Assembly (NCBI GenBank): GCA_964394425.1
Contig: CAYMXP010000001.1
Span: 6,495 to 70,494, forward strand
Source: an uncultured Chryseobacterium sp.
GTDB taxonomy: Bacteria > Bacteroidota > Bacteroidia > Flavobacteriales_F > PHOS-HE28
DNA: 64,000 bases
Reading direction: 5' to 3'
The position numbers and the translations under genes are program-made. Of the stretch, positions 53,688 through 63,501 are shown in pieces. Below the pieces are notes generated by a model. It was given only the letters and a program-made list of their open reading frames with translations. It was not told where the DNA came from and did no database searches. Positions within the stretch are counted from its first letter, which is position 1. Each line of letters opens with the position of its first letter.

Positions 53688-54337
53688 TTCACCAGCCCCG
53701 CTGCGATGGCGATCCGCACCAGGCCGGCCACGTTGTGGGTGTCCAGCTTCTTCATCAGGTTGGTGCGGTGGGTGTCCACCGTGCGGGGGCTGATGAAGAG
53801 GCGTTCGCCGATCTGCTTGTTGCTCAGGCCCTCGGCCAGCGCGGCCAGGACCTCCACCTCGCGTTCGCTCAAGCCGCGCAGCAGGCCATCGCCCGGCCCG
53901 GGCAGGGCGTTCTGCTTCATGAAGGACTCGGTGAGCGAGGAGGAGAAATGCTGCCGGCCCGCATGCACGTTGCGGATGGCGAGCAGCAGTTCATCACGGC
54001 CGGCGCTCTTCACCAGGTAGCCGTTGGCCCCTGCCTCCATGGCGCGTTTCACCACCGCGGCCTCCTCGTGCATGGACAGGATCAGCACCCTGGTCGCGTA
54101 TTTCTTTTCCCGGATCCGCTCGGTGCATTGGATGCCGTCCATCTCGGGCATGTCCAGGTCCATCAGCAGCACGTCAGCGGCGATGTGCTCCAAGAGATAA
54201 AGCGCTTCGATCCCGGTAGCGGCCGTCCCGACGCATTCGATGTCCGGCGCATCGGCAAGCAGCTGCCGCAGGCCGTCGGTGATGATGCGATGATCGTCGC
54301 ACAGGGCGACGCGGATCTTCTTCGTGGAGAGGCTCAT
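53684..54337 (-). CDS. NarL/FixJ (LuxR-type HTH) response regulator
   Basis: 217 aa. Receiver VALCDDH...VLLMDLDMP. HTH LSEREVEVLAALAEGLSNKQIGERLFISPRTVDTHRTNLMKKL. Confidence 0.93.
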   Translation of the reverse strand: MSLSTKKIRVALCDDHRIITDGLRQLLADAPDIECVGTAATGIEALYLLEHIAADVLLMDLDMPEMDGIQCTERIREKKYATRVLILSMHEEAAVVKRAMEAGANGYLVKSAGRDELLLAIRNVHAGRQHFSSSLTESFMKQNALPGPGDGLLRGLSEREVEVLAALAEGLSNKQIGERLFISPRTVDTHRTNLMKKLDTHNVAGLVRIAIAAGLVK

Positions 54338-56286
54338 GAAGGACTGCCGTTCTGCAAGGGTACGCGGAGCGTGGCGATCGTGCCCCGTTCCCCGCCGGCT
54401 TCGATCACCACCGTGCCATGCAGCAGGCGCGCACGGTCATGGATGCTCGTCATCCCGAGGCCGTTCCCGCGTGACAGGTCGATGCCCACGCCGTCGTCCT
54501 CCACGATCAGCACGAGGTGGCCCTTGTTCTTCAGCAGCTGCACGTTCACCTGCGTGGCTTGTGCATGCTTGATGATGTTGTTCACCAGTTCCTGCGCGAT
54601 GCGGTACACGCCCACCTCCACCGGCCGCGGCAGGCGCGCGTCGATGCCGAATTGCTCGAAGCTGTGGTGCATGCCCGGCCGGGTGAGCGCCTTCCGGAGC
54701 ATGTCGTTGAGCGCGGGCGCGAGGCCGAGGTCGCCCAGGGCGCGCGGCATCATCTGGTGGGCGATGCTCCGGACCTCCTTCCCCGCGTCGTCGGCGATCG
54801 CGAGCAGGTCCTTCAGTTGGGGGTCCTTCGCCGCGGCGCCTTCCAGCCTGAACTTCAATCCGCTCAGTTGCTGGCCCACGCCGTCGTGCAGCTCCGCGGC
54901 GATGCGCTTTCGCTCGGCCTCGGTGCTTTCCACCATGGCCTTCAACCCCTGTTCGCGCTCGGCGATCACCCCCGCATGGAGGGCCGCCTTCGCGCGCGCC
55001 CGTTGCCGTGAAATGAACAGGAAGGCCACCAGGCCCACCGCGATGATGCCACCGATCAGCAGCGCCTGCAGGATCCGTCGTCGCTCAAGTTCGGCCTGCT
55101 GCTCCGATCCGCGCTCGCGCTCCTGCGCCAGTTCCTTCTCGGTGCGCTCGGTCTCGTATTTCACCTGAAGCTCGCTCAGGGCTTCGAGCCGCTCGGCTTT
55201 GAACACGCTGTCCTTCAATGCGATCATCTCCTTCTGCCGGCGCAGGGCTTCACGCGTGTCGCCCTTTTTCTCCAATGCGGTCACATAGCCATCCAGCGCG
55301 GAGATGTGCGGGTCCAGATAGCCCTCCCGCCGGCAGATGGCCAGGGCATGCTGGTACAGCCGCAACGCCTCGTCCAGTTCGCCGCGCGTGGTGAGCACGT
55401 TGGCCACGTTCATCATGAAGGTGGCCTGGCCCAGGGGGTCATCCACTTCCGTGGCCATCTGCAGCGCCTTGCGGTAGTGGCGAAGCCCGGCCTCGTCATC
55501 GCCGCGTTCGCGGTACACCATGCCGAGGATGTTCGAGATGCTCGCGATGTCCGCCTTCATTCCCTGCTGCTCGAAGAGCGCCAGGGCTTCGAGGCTGACC
55601 TGTTCACATTCCACCCAGTCCTTCGTGTCGGCGAGGATCAATGCCAGCTGGCCGAGGGCATTGGCCATCGCGTAATCGCTGTCGGCACCCTGGAGCATCG
55701 CCACGGTTTCGCGGGCGACCTTCAACGCCTTCGGGATGTCGCCCATCTGCTGATAGAGCCGGGCGATGTTGCCGCGCATCTGGGCGGCGTGCAGCAGGTC
55801 GCCGCGCTGGTCGTAGATGCGTTCGGCGGCGTGGTTGTGCGCCAGCGCGCTGTCGAAGAGCATCAGCTCGATGAAGGCCGCGCCCATCTTGTTGTGCGAG
55901 GCGGCCACGCCCAGGGTGTCCATCGCGGCCATGCGGATGCGCAGCGCGCGGCGGTTCAGGTCGATCGCCTTCTGGAAATGGCCCAGGCGGTACTCGGTGA
56001 TCGACAGATCATTGGCGGCCTGGGCGATCACCGCGCTGTCCTTCATTCCCTCGGCGAGCTTCATCGCCTCGATGCCGTAGGCCAGCGCCTTTTGCGGGTC
56101 GCTGAAGCCCAGTTCCCATTGCACGTCGCCCAGGGCCTTCACGCGCCCGGCTCCGCTTTTGGAGGGAAGGACCTTCAGCAGGCTGTCGAGCGCGGATTGC
56201 CCCGTCAAGACCGAAGAAGCCACGACCGGAAGCAGGACCGTGATCCAGCGCTTGCCCATCCCTGGCAAAGTACGTTCACGCATCAC
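54334..56286 (-). CDS. TPR-repeat sensor histidine kinase (HisKA_3/NarX-DesK type)
   Basis: 650 aa. Signal/TM, then multiple TPR-like repeats and a coiled coil. TM ILQALLIGGIIAVGLVAFLF. H-box AAELHDGVGQQLSGL. HATPase C-terminus. ATGA overlap with the downstream regulator. Confidence 0.88.
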   Translation of the reverse strand: MMRERTLPGMGKRWITVLLPVVASSVLTGQSALDSLLKVLPSKSGAGRVKALGDVQWELGFSDPQKALAYGIEAMKLAEGMKDSAVIAQAANDLSITEYRLGHFQKAIDLNRRALRIRMAAMDTLGVAASHNKMGAAFIELMLFDSALAHNHAAERIYDQRGDLLHAAQMRGNIARLYQQMGDIPKALKVARETVAMLQGADSDYAMANALGQLALILADTKDWVECEQVSLEALALFEQQGMKADIASISNILGMVYRERGDDEAGLRHYRKALQMATEVDDPLGQATFMMNVANVLTTRGELDEALRLYQHALAICRREGYLDPHISALDGYVTALEKKGDTREALRRQKEMIALKDSVFKAERLEALSELQVKYETERTEKELAQERERGSEQQAELERRRILQALLIGGIIAVGLVAFLFISRQRARAKAALHAGVIAEREQGLKAMVESTEAERKRIAAELHDGVGQQLSGLKFRLEGAAAKDPQLKDLLAIADDAGKEVRSIAHQMMPRALGDLGLAPALNDMLRKALTRPGMHHSFEQFGIDARLPRPVEVGVYRIAQELVNNIIKHAQATQVNVQLLKNKGHLVLIVEDDGVGIDLSRGNGLGMTSIHDRARLLHGTVVIEAGGERGTIATLRVPLQNGSPS

Positions 56287-56342
56287 CGCCGATGGCTCGG
56301 CGGATCCACCGGGAACACTGCGGTGCGGACCGTAGGAACGGG

Positions 56343-57905
56343 TCAGAGGGGGATGTTCCCGTGCTTTTTCCTCGGCAGTTTGTCCACCTTGTTCCGCAGC
56401 ATCTCCAGCGCCCGCATCACCTTGATCCGGGTCTCGCTCGGGCGGATCACCTCGTCCACGTAGCCACGCGCCGCGGCCTCATAGGGGTTGGCGAACAGCA
56501 GCTGGTACTCCTGCTCCTTCTCCCTCCACTTCGCGGCCGGGTCTTTCGCCTTCGCGATCTCGTTCTTGAAGATGATCTCCGCCGCGCCCTTCGCGCCCAT
56601 CACGGCGATCTCCGCGCTGGGCCAGGCGAAGTTCATGTCGCAGCCGATGTGCTTGCTGTTCATCACGTCGTACGCGCCGCCGTAGGCCTTGCGCGTGATG
56701 ACGGTGATGCGCGGCACGGTGGCCTCGCTGAAGGCGTAGAGCAGCTTGGCGCCGTGGCCGATGATGCCGCGCCACTCCTGGTCGGTGCCGGGCAGGAAAC
56801 CGGGCACGTCCACGAACACGATCAGCGGGATGTTGAAGGCATCGCAGAAGCGCACGAAGCGCGCGGCCTTGATCGAGGCGTCGATGTCGAGCACACCGGC
56901 CAGCACGGCGGGCTGGTTGGCCACGCAGCCCACGGTGCGCCCGGCCACGCGCGCCAGGCCGATCACCATGTTGCGCGCGAAGTCCGCGTGGACCTCCATG
57001 CTGCTGAAGCCCGAGGGATGTCCGGGGTCGGGGTCGATCACCGCGTTCATCACCTGGCGGATGTCGTAGGGCTTGCTTGGATCGTCGGGGATGATCGCGT
57101 CGAGTTCCGGCCGCGACTCGTCGCCGGGCGTGAAGGCCAGCGCGGGAGGGTCGTCTTCGCAATTGCCGGGGAGGTAGCCCACCAGCCGCCGGAGCTCGCG
57201 CAGGGCCTCCACGCCGTTGGGCGCGGTGAAGTGCGCCACGCCGCTCCGGCCGGCATGCGTGCTTGCGCCCCCGAGCTCCTCGCTCGTCACCTCTTCATGC
57301 GTCACGGTCTTCACCACGTTCGGGCCGGTGACGAACATGTAGCTGGTGCCCTCCACCATCATCACGAAGTCGGTGAGCGCCGGCGAGTACACCGCGCCAC
57401 CCGCGCAGGGCCCCATGATCGCGCTGATCTGCGGGATCACGCCGCTGGCCCGGACGTTCCGGAAAAAGATGTCCGCGTAGCCGCCCAGCGAGTTCACGCC
57501 CTCCTGGATGCGCGCACCGCCGCTGTCGTTCAAGCCGATCACCGGGGCGCCGTTCTGCATGGCCAGGTCCATGATGCGGCAGATCTTCTGCGCGTGCGCC
57601 TCGGCCAGCGAACCGCCCAGCACGGTGAAATCCTGTGAGAACACGTACACCAGCCGCCCGTCGATGGTGCCGTAGCCCGTCACCACCCCGTCGCCTAGGT
57701 ACTTCTGCTCGTCCAGTCCGAAGTTGCTCGAACGGTGGGTCACCAGTTGCCCGATCTCCTGGAAGGACCCTTCATCGAGCAGGACGCCGATGCGCTCGCG
57801 CGCCGTGAGCTTGCCCTTCTTGTGCTGCGCGGCGATGCGTTCCTCGCCTCCGCCCTTCAAGGCCTGCGTGGTCATCGCGTCAAGGCGGTCGAACTTCTCC
57901 TTCAT
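56343..57905 (-). CDS. acyl-CoA carboxylase carboxyltransferase (beta) subunit (propionyl-/methylmalonyl-CoA type)
   Basis: 520 aa from ATG 57905 (track ORF opens at 58028). Full-length carboxyl-transferase family similarity (…[18 protein letters not shown]…, …[11 protein letters not shown]…). Confidence 0.92.
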   Translation of the reverse strand: MKEKFDRLDAMTTQALKGGGEERIAAQHKKGKLTARERIGVLLDEGSFQEIGQLVTHRSSNFGLDEQKYLGDGVVTGYGTIDGRLVYVFSQDFTVLGGSLAEAHAQKICRIMDLAMQNGAPVIGLNDSGGARIQEGVNSLGGYADIFFRNVRASGVIPQISAIMGPCAGGAVYSPALTDFVMMVEGTSYMFVTGPNVVKTVTHEEVTSEELGGASTHAGRSGVAHFTAPNGVEALRELRRLVGYLPGNCEDDPPALAFTPGDESRPELDAIIPDDPSKPYDIRQVMNAVIDPDPGHPSGFSSMEVHADFARNMVIGLARVAGRTVGCVANQPAVLAGVLDIDASIKAARFVRFCDAFNIPLIVFVDVPGFLPGTDQEWRGIIGHGAKLLYAFSEATVPRITVITRKAYGGAYDVMNSKHIGCDMNFAWPSAEIAVMGAKGAAEIIFKNEIAKAKDPAAKWREKEQEYQLLFANPYEAAARGYVDEVIRPSETRIKVMRALEMLRNKVDKLPRKKHGNIPL

Positions 57906-58054
57906 GGGAGGTAAAGGTGCGGATTGTGCCGAAGGTCGAACACGGCGCGGTTGAAAGGTGGACGCCAGGGCGGGCCGGCCTGACGACGGCCTCCACCCCC
58001 CTCCTCGCCTAACTTGCCCCACCGCCACGCCCCGTTGCGCTCCGGCGGTCCATC

Positions 58055-59971
58055 ATGGCCTGGCGTTTTGGCGACCTGCCCATCCGCACCAAGTTCCTGA
58101 TCACCCTGGGCATCCCGGTGATCGGGCTGGTGATGCTCATCGGCAAACAGGTCGATGGCAGCATCAAGCGGCGCAACGTGCTGGGCTACATCAGCATCCA
58201 GAGCCGCAACATCGAACTGCTGAGCAACGCGGTGAACGACCTGCAGATGGAGTCGGCCCTGAACAGCGGCTACCTCACCGGGCTGGACATCACCCCGCAG
58301 CGTCTGGCCTTCCAACAGGCCAGGACCGACGAGGCCATCGCCTCGTTGGCGAACCTTGGCCTCGCCCTGGAGGCGGACATACCCGCCGCGAACACCTTCG
58401 CCGGCCTGGACGTGATGAGGCAGCGCGTGACGCAACGGCGCACCAGCGCCGGCGAGGCACAGCTTTTCTACCGCCGCATGAAGGATTCGCTGCTGGGCGA
58501 CCTGGGGCGTGTGGCCAAGCTGGCGCTGGACCCCGAGACCAAGGACCGCCTGTACTCGCACCTGAGCCTGCTGCACGCCAAGGAGGCATTGGCCAACATC
58601 CGCTCGCTGTTGATGCGGGCCTTTGGCCGCGACGAGTTCACCGAAGTGGACCTCGGCATGCTCAACGAACAGCTTTCCCAGTACGAGACCAACATCCGCC
58701 TCTTCGAACGCGATGCTTCACCGGAGATGATGACGATCTACCGCGAGGTGTTCAAGGGGCCGGACGTGAACCTGATGCGCTCGATCATGGGCATGGTGCA
58801 GGAGAAGCGCACGCTCTCCGGGGTGCGGGTCGTCCAGGACGAATGGTGGGAGATGGGCGCCGGTGCCATGGACAAGCTGAGGACCGTGGAAGGCCGCTCG
58901 ATCGCCGCGATCAACGCCGCCACGCTCTCGAACCTGCGCAGCGCCCAGGTCCGCCTGTTCATCGTGCTGGTCTCGTTGATCGGCGTGGTGGGTGCCGTGG
59001 GGGTGATGGGCGTGATGATCATGCGCGGCATTCGCGACCCGGTGAACGAGGTGACCCGCGCGGCTTCCGCCCTGGCCCTGGGGGACGTGAGCGCGCACGT
59101 GCAGGTGGGCACCAACGACGAGGTGGGCCAGATGGCCCGCTCCTTCAACGGCATGATCGACCACATCCGGTCCCTGGCCGCCAGCGCGGAGAACATCGGC
59201 CGGGGCAATTACGACACCGGCGTGGACGTGCGCGGCGACCAGGACGTGCTGGGCTCGGCCCTCACGCGCATGAAGGAGAACCTGAAGGCCGCGCGCCTGC
59301 GCGACATGGAGCAGAACCGCGCCCTGCAGCAGGAGAAGGAAAAGCTCGAACATGCCCACCGTCGCATCCAGGTGCTGATCCGCGAGATCCACCACCGCGT
59401 GAAGAACAACATGCAGGTGGTGGCCAGCATGCTGCGCCTGCAGAGCGGCAGCATCGACGATGAGCGCCTGCAGCACGTGTTCGACCAGAGCCAGAGCCGG
59501 GTGCAGAGCATGGCGCTGATCCATGAGAAACTCTACAAGGGCGACGAACTGGCGCAACTGGACCTGGCCCTCTACATCGAGGAACTGTTCGCCGCGCTGG
59601 TGCAGATGAACAACGTGGGCGATGAGATCCGCCATCGCACGCGCGTGGACCCCGGTCTGGCCTTCGACCTGAACACGATGGTGCCGCTTGGGCTGGTGCT
59701 GAACGAAATGATCACCAACAGCTTCAAGCATGCCTTCAAGGGGCGGTCGCGGGGGGGCATCGACCTGGACATCCGGCGGGCCGGCCCGGCCGAATACGAC
59801 CTGATGTATTCGGACGACGGGGTGGGCCTTCCGCTGAACAAGCAGCAGGGCGGCGACGCCACGCTGGGCATGTCGCTGATCGAAAGCCTTGTGGAGCAGT
59901 TGAACGGCCACATGACCGTGGAAGGCGGACCACGGGGCACCCGCTACCACATCCGGTTCAAGACCCGCTGA
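58055..59971 (+). CDS. sensor histidine kinase with NIT-like periplasmic domain, HAMP and HisKA_2/HWE-type core
   Basis: 638 aa. TM, then NIT-like LQMESALNSGYL. Second TM plus HAMP (IRDPVNEVTRAASALALGDVS...DEVGQMARSFNGMIDHI). H-box IHHRVKNNMQVVASMLRLQ. Confidence 0.82.
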   Translation: MAWRFGDLPIRTKFLITLGIPVIGLVMLIGKQVDGSIKRRNVLGYISIQSRNIELLSNAVNDLQMESALNSGYLTGLDITPQRLAFQQARTDEAIASLANLGLALEADIPAANTFAGLDVMRQRVTQRRTSAGEAQLFYRRMKDSLLGDLGRVAKLALDPETKDRLYSHLSLLHAKEALANIRSLLMRAFGRDEFTEVDLGMLNEQLSQYETNIRLFERDASPEMMTIYREVFKGPDVNLMRSIMGMVQEKRTLSGVRVVQDEWWEMGAGAMDKLRTVEGRSIAAINAATLSNLRSAQVRLFIVLVSLIGVVGAVGVMGVMIMRGIRDPVNEVTRAASALALGDVSAHVQVGTNDEVGQMARSFNGMIDHIRSLAASAENIGRGNYDTGVDVRGDQDVLGSALTRMKENLKAARLRDMEQNRALQQEKEKLEHAHRRIQVLIREIHHRVKNNMQVVASMLRLQSGSIDDERLQHVFDQSQSRVQSMALIHEKLYKGDELAQLDLALYIEELFAALVQMNNVGDEIRHRTRVDPGLAFDLNTMVPLGLVLNEMITNSFKHAFKGRSRGGIDLDIRRAGPAEYDLMYSDDGVGLPLNKQQGGDATLGMSLIESLVEQLNGHMTVEGGPRGTRYHIRFKTR

Positions 59972-59999
59972 GCGCTCCGTCCGCGGCGGGTGGCACCCG

Positions 60000-60752
60000 C
60001 TACCCTTTCGCCAGATCGGCCTCCACCTCCTCGGTGAGGTCCATGTTGTGGTACACGGCGTTCACGTCATCGTCCTCATCCAGCATGTCCACCAGCCGCA
60101 TCACGTTGCGCGCGGTGGTCAGGTCGGCGGGAACGGTGCTCAGGGCGAACCGCTTGAGCTCCGCGCTCTTCACCTCGATGCCCAGGGCATCCAGCTTCTG
60201 TTGCATCTGCCCGAAACCGGTGAAGGGCACATAGATGTGGAAGCCGTCCTCTTCGCGCACCACGTCGTCGGCTCCGGCATCGATCGCCTCCATTTCGAAC
60301 TCGTCGGCGTCACGGCCTTTCAGGGCGGCGTGTTCCACGACGAATTCGCCCTTGCGCTCGAACACGTGGGCCAGCGACCCGCTGGTGCCCAGGCTCGCCT
60401 CGCATTTGCTGAAGAAGCTGCGCACGTTGCCCACCGTGCGGTTGGGGTTGTTGGTGCTGGCGTCCACGAACACGGCGATCCCGCCCGGGGCATATCCTTC
60501 GTAGGTGGCTTCGCTGTAATCGGCCTCGCCCCCACCGGCGGCTTTCTTGATCGCGCGTTCGATGTTGTCCTTGGGCATGTTGGCCCCGCGCGCGTTCTGG
60601 ATGGCCACCTTCAGGCGGCTGTTCGCCTCGGGGTTGGGTCCGCCGGCCTTTACGGCCATGGCGATCTCCTTGCCGATGCGGGTGAACATCTTGGAGAGCT
60701 TGGCGTTGCGCGCGAAGATCTTGTGCTTGCGTTTTTCGAAGATGCGGCCCAT
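60000..60752 (-). CDS. yebC: YebC/PmpR-family DNA-binding regulator
   Basis: 250 aa. MGRIFEKRKHKIFARNAKLSKMFTRIGKEI... and full-length family similarity. Confidence 0.92.
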   Translation of the reverse strand: MGRIFEKRKHKIFARNAKLSKMFTRIGKEIAMAVKAGGPNPEANSRLKVAIQNARGANMPKDNIERAIKKAAGGGEADYSEATYEGYAPGGIAVFVDASTNNPNRTVGNVRSFFSKCEASLGTSGSLAHVFERKGEFVVEHAALKGRDADEFEMEAIDAGADDVVREEDGFHIYVPFTGFGQMQQKLDALGIEVKSAELKRFALSTVPADLTTARNVMRLVDMLDEDDDVNAVYHNMDLTEEVEADLAKG

Positions 60753-60789
60753 GGCGTGCGCCGAAGCCCGGCGTAGGCGTGTGGTCGGT

Positions 60790-60818
60790 GAAAGGGGCCC
60801 AAAAATAGGGCGGGCCCC
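60790..60818 (-). terminator. hairpin after the beta-barrel gene; its loop carries a -7 box for yebC
   Basis: The minus strand reads ggggccc gccctattttt gggcccc then tttc. The loop contains TATTTTTG (plus-strand 60800-60807), 48 nt upstream of the yebC start. Confidence 0.5.
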
Positions 60819-60862
60819 GACGTGTCGGAGCCCGCTCGGGCTTCAACGATGCCCCTGTCGCG

Positions 60863-61834
60863 TTAGTTGAAGCCGATGAGCGTCAGCCCCACGTTCACCG
60901 GGGTGAGTTCCGGCCCCGTGCCGTCCTCGAAGAGCGGGGTGAGGGCGTATTCGGCGAAGAGGTTCAGGCCGCCGTAGCCGATGCGCACCGACGCGGCCAG
61001 GCGGTAGGGTAGCAGGTTGTAGGAACCACCGCTGCGCTGTTTCACCGTCTCGCCTTCCTGACTGAATTTCTGCTTGTACATGGTGTCGAAATACCATGAG
61101 CCGATCACCCCCACGGCGACATGCACGTTGTGCCTGCGATCGTACGTCATGCTGGTGCCGCCCGCGATCTCGGCGCTGGAAGGGAGCGGCGCGCGCTTGG
61201 TGTTGAACTCGAGCATCAGGGGCATGCGCAGGCCGGTCTGGCGCAACTTGTTCTTCTTGTAGTGCGGATCGTCCACCTGCACGGCGTACGTGGAGTCGCC
61301 GTCGTAACCCAGCGCCACGTTGTTGGTCAGGCGGTAGTTGCACCACTCGAGGCCCAGGCCGGTGAGCAGCCCCGCGTGGTGCGAGCCGAACTCGATCTTC
61401 TGCTCCATGAAGTTGATGGCCACGAAGCGCGAGCCGCCCGTCTCCAGCTCCATGAAGCTTTCGGCGCTGTCCAGTTCGAAGCCGCCCTCGGCGTTCACCC
61501 AGTTGTTCAGTCCCAGATCAAGGCCGCTCCAGTAGGTGAAGGCGTTGCGGCGCTCGCGTCGGAGTTCCTTGAGCTTTTCGCCGACCTGCTCCTCGGTGGA
61601 GATCGTGTCGTGCCTCGGTTCGGTGAGGATCGTGAGGATCTTGTGCTTCAGCTCCAACCGGAGGGTGTCGTAGCCATCGTGGATCCCGGCGCTGTCGCCC
61701 ATCTCGGTGATCGCGATGCCGCTGGTGGAGATCGTCAGGGCATGCTGGTCGTTGTTCTCCCGGGCCGGGATGGTGTCGTTCTGGGCGATGGCCGGCATCG
61801 GGAGCAACAGCACGAGGGTCGTCAGTGGTTTCAT
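60863..61834 (-). CDS. outer-membrane beta-barrel protein (function unknown)
   Basis: 323 aa from ATG 61834. Signal peptide ...PMPAIA|Q. Alternating-hydrophobic beta-strand pattern through to the C-terminus (...LTPVNVGLTLIGFN). Confidence 0.7.
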   Translation of the reverse strand: MKPLTTLVLLLPMPAIAQNDTIPARENNDQHALTISTSGIAITEMGDSAGIHDGYDTLRLELKHKILTILTEPRHDTISTEEQVGEKLKELRRERRNAFTYWSGLDLGLNNWVNAEGGFELDSAESFMELETGGSRFVAINFMEQKIEFGSHHAGLLTGLGLEWCNYRLTNNVALGYDGDSTYAVQVDDPHYKKNKLRQTGLRMPLMLEFNTKRAPLPSSAEIAGGTSMTYDRRHNVHVAVGVIGSWYFDTMYKQKFSQEGETVKQRSGGSYNLLPYRLAASVRIGYGGLNLFAEYALTPLFEDGTGPELTPVNVGLTLIGFN

Positions 61835-61886
61835 GGTCGGTCCGTTCATGGATGTGACGGGCGGGCGACCGGTTTGTTACAAAGCA

Positions 61887-61910
61887 GAACGTCCCGTTCC
61901 CGGGACGTTC
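61887..61910 (-). terminator. hairpin (putative terminator/attenuator)
   Basis: gaacgtcccg / ttcc / cgggacgttc. 10-bp stem, 20 nt after the stop of 61930-62313, with a weak U-tract on the minus strand (tgctttgt). Confidence 0.45.
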
Positions 61911-61929
61911 GTACCGTTCGGTCAATGGC

Positions 61930-62313
61930 TCATGCCTGCGGCCTGAAGACCAGGTGCAGGTGGGTGGTCTTCCACGTGCCCTGGGGGTTCTCGCCCACGT
62001 CGATGCGCGCGAGCTTGCGCAGCACGTAGTCCAGCAACGCCTTGTTCGCGCTCTGGCACTCAAGCACCCGCACGCGCCCTTCGTTGTTGATCACGAAAGC
62101 CACGGTCACCTCGCCGAGCATGGCGGAGGGATCGCGCTCGAGCCAGGGGAAGGTGAGGTATTTGTTGAGCTGCCGGTCCAGCACGCGCTCCAGGTCCGTG
62201 CGCTGATCGGAAGGGCCGGTGCCCGTTCCGGTGAAGGGGGACGCCGCGCGGGCGTAGCCCATGGTGAAGACGGTGCAGAGCATCAGGGCGATGCGGGTGA
62301 TCGTGGTTTTCAT
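61930..62313 (-). CDS. small secreted protein with TonB-C-terminal-like domain
   Basis: 127 aa with a signal peptide. ...FPWLERDPSAMLGEVTVAFVINNEGRVRVLECQSANKALLDYVLRKLARI resembles the TonB_C/energy-transducer fold pattern. Confidence 0.6.
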   Translation of the reverse strand: MKTTITRIALMLCTVFTMGYARAASPFTGTGTGPSDQRTDLERVLDRQLNKYLTFPWLERDPSAMLGEVTVAFVINNEGRVRVLECQSANKALLDYVLRKLARIDVGENPQGTWKTTHLHLVFRPQA

Positions 62314-62418
62314 GGTGATCTCGGTTTTCGATCGTGGGACGGAGGCGGCCGCCCCGCAGTTACAGGATGAGGGGTCGATCGTGATGAGCGGTGGGGTCGC
62401 GATGATGGGCGGTGCGCC

Positions 62419-63501
62419 TCAGCGCCCCGTGCTGGCCGTGAGCGCCAGGTTATCGCCCAGTGCCAGCCTGAACCGGCGGCGCTTTTCGCCGTCATGTTGT
62501 ACGGTGAAGCCGGCTTTGTCGCCGCTGATGGCTCCGAGGCCCTTGTCCACCAATGCCACGGCATCATCGTCACCCAGGGCGGTGAGGTCGTCCGGCCGGT
62601 CGAGCACCCGGGTGCGCAGGGTGGAGGTGAGCAGCTCGCCCATCGACATGGCGGTTCCATGCGCCCGCGGCGGGGCCTCCGCGAATTCCACCGGTGCGCC
62701 GGTGGTCGGTGGAACGGCCTTCACTTCGGCGACCAGGGGTGCATGCCGTGGTTCTTCCGCTCCCGGCCACCGGAGCGCGATGCGATCCACCGGGTGGATC
62801 AGTTCGCGTTGCACGCGATCGGCGACCATGGGCGGGTTGTTCTCCGTGGGGGACACGATGGACCGCGTTGCTTCGGACCGGTCGGGTCGGATCTCTTCCT
62901 GTTCAGGCACCTGCTCTTGGGCCGGACGATCGGGAAGCGTGGGCCTGGTCTGCTCCGTCTTCCGTGTACCGGCCACCCGGGCCTCAGGCGCATCATCACG
63001 GCGCAGGGCCCACCACGCCAGTCCGGCCAGCAGCGCGATGCTCGCGGCGGCGGCGAAGCGGCGCCAGCCGCCCGCGATCGGGATCACGCGTGCCGTCTTC
63101 TTTTTCAACCTCGACCTGTCGGGGTACGACACGGCCGGCACCTCGATGCGCGCGCGCTGCATGAGGCGCCATGCTTGCGCGGCGAACGGATCGCGGTCCA
63201 GAAGGGCTTCCAAGGCCTTCACCTGGCCTGGGTCGAGATCTCCCTCGATCCGGGCCACGAGGAAGTCATCGAGCGTTCGCGCATCCGGTGTTCCCCGTGG
63301 CGGCAGGCTCCTCCTCAATCCGGCCTTTGGAGCGAATTCAACACGCTCGTCGGTGATCCTCGCATTGGGCGCCCGGTCGGGCACCAGGTCGGGGTGGGCT
63401 TGCAGGAAGGCATCGAGCACGCGCTCCTCATCGGGTGAAAGCCGCCCCTCCAGCCGGTCCAGCAGCCAGGCCTCGTAGTTGGTCCGATCGATCCGCCTCA
63501 T
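62419..63501 (-). CDS. putative anti-sigma factor (single-pass membrane protein)
   Basis: 360 aa. ATGA-type overlap with the upstream ECF sigma gene. N-terminal anti-sigma-like helix region (YEAWLLDRLEGRLSPDEERVLDAFLQAHPDL), central TM (FAAAASIALLAGLAWWAL) and an extracytoplasmic C-terminal domain. Confidence 0.65.
   Translation of the reverse strand: MRRIDRTNYEAWLLDRLEGRLSPDEERVLDAFLQAHPDLVPDRAPNARITDERVEFAPKAGLRRSLPPRGTPDARTLDDFLVARIEGDLDPGQVKALEALLDRDPFAAQAWRLMQRARIEVPAVSYPDRSRLKKKTARVIPIAGGWRRFAAAASIALLAGLAWWALRRDDAPEARVAGTRKTEQTRPTLPDRPAQEQVPEQEEIRPDRSEATRSIVSPTENNPPMVADRVQRELIHPVDRIALRWPGAEEPRHAPLVAEVKAVPPTTGAPVEFAEAPPRAHGTAMSMGELLTSTLRTRVLDRPDDLTALGDDDAVALVDKGLGAISGDKAGFTVQHDGEKRRRFRLALGDNLALTASTGR

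Noticed and set aside
53735-55168. 477-aa plus ORF; likewise 56292-57638 (+), 58718-59950 (-), 62261-63478 (+), 60048-60776 (+)
   Set aside because: They are antisense shadows of the LuxR/TPR-kinase, carboxyltransferase, NIT kinase, anti-sigma and yebC genes respectively.
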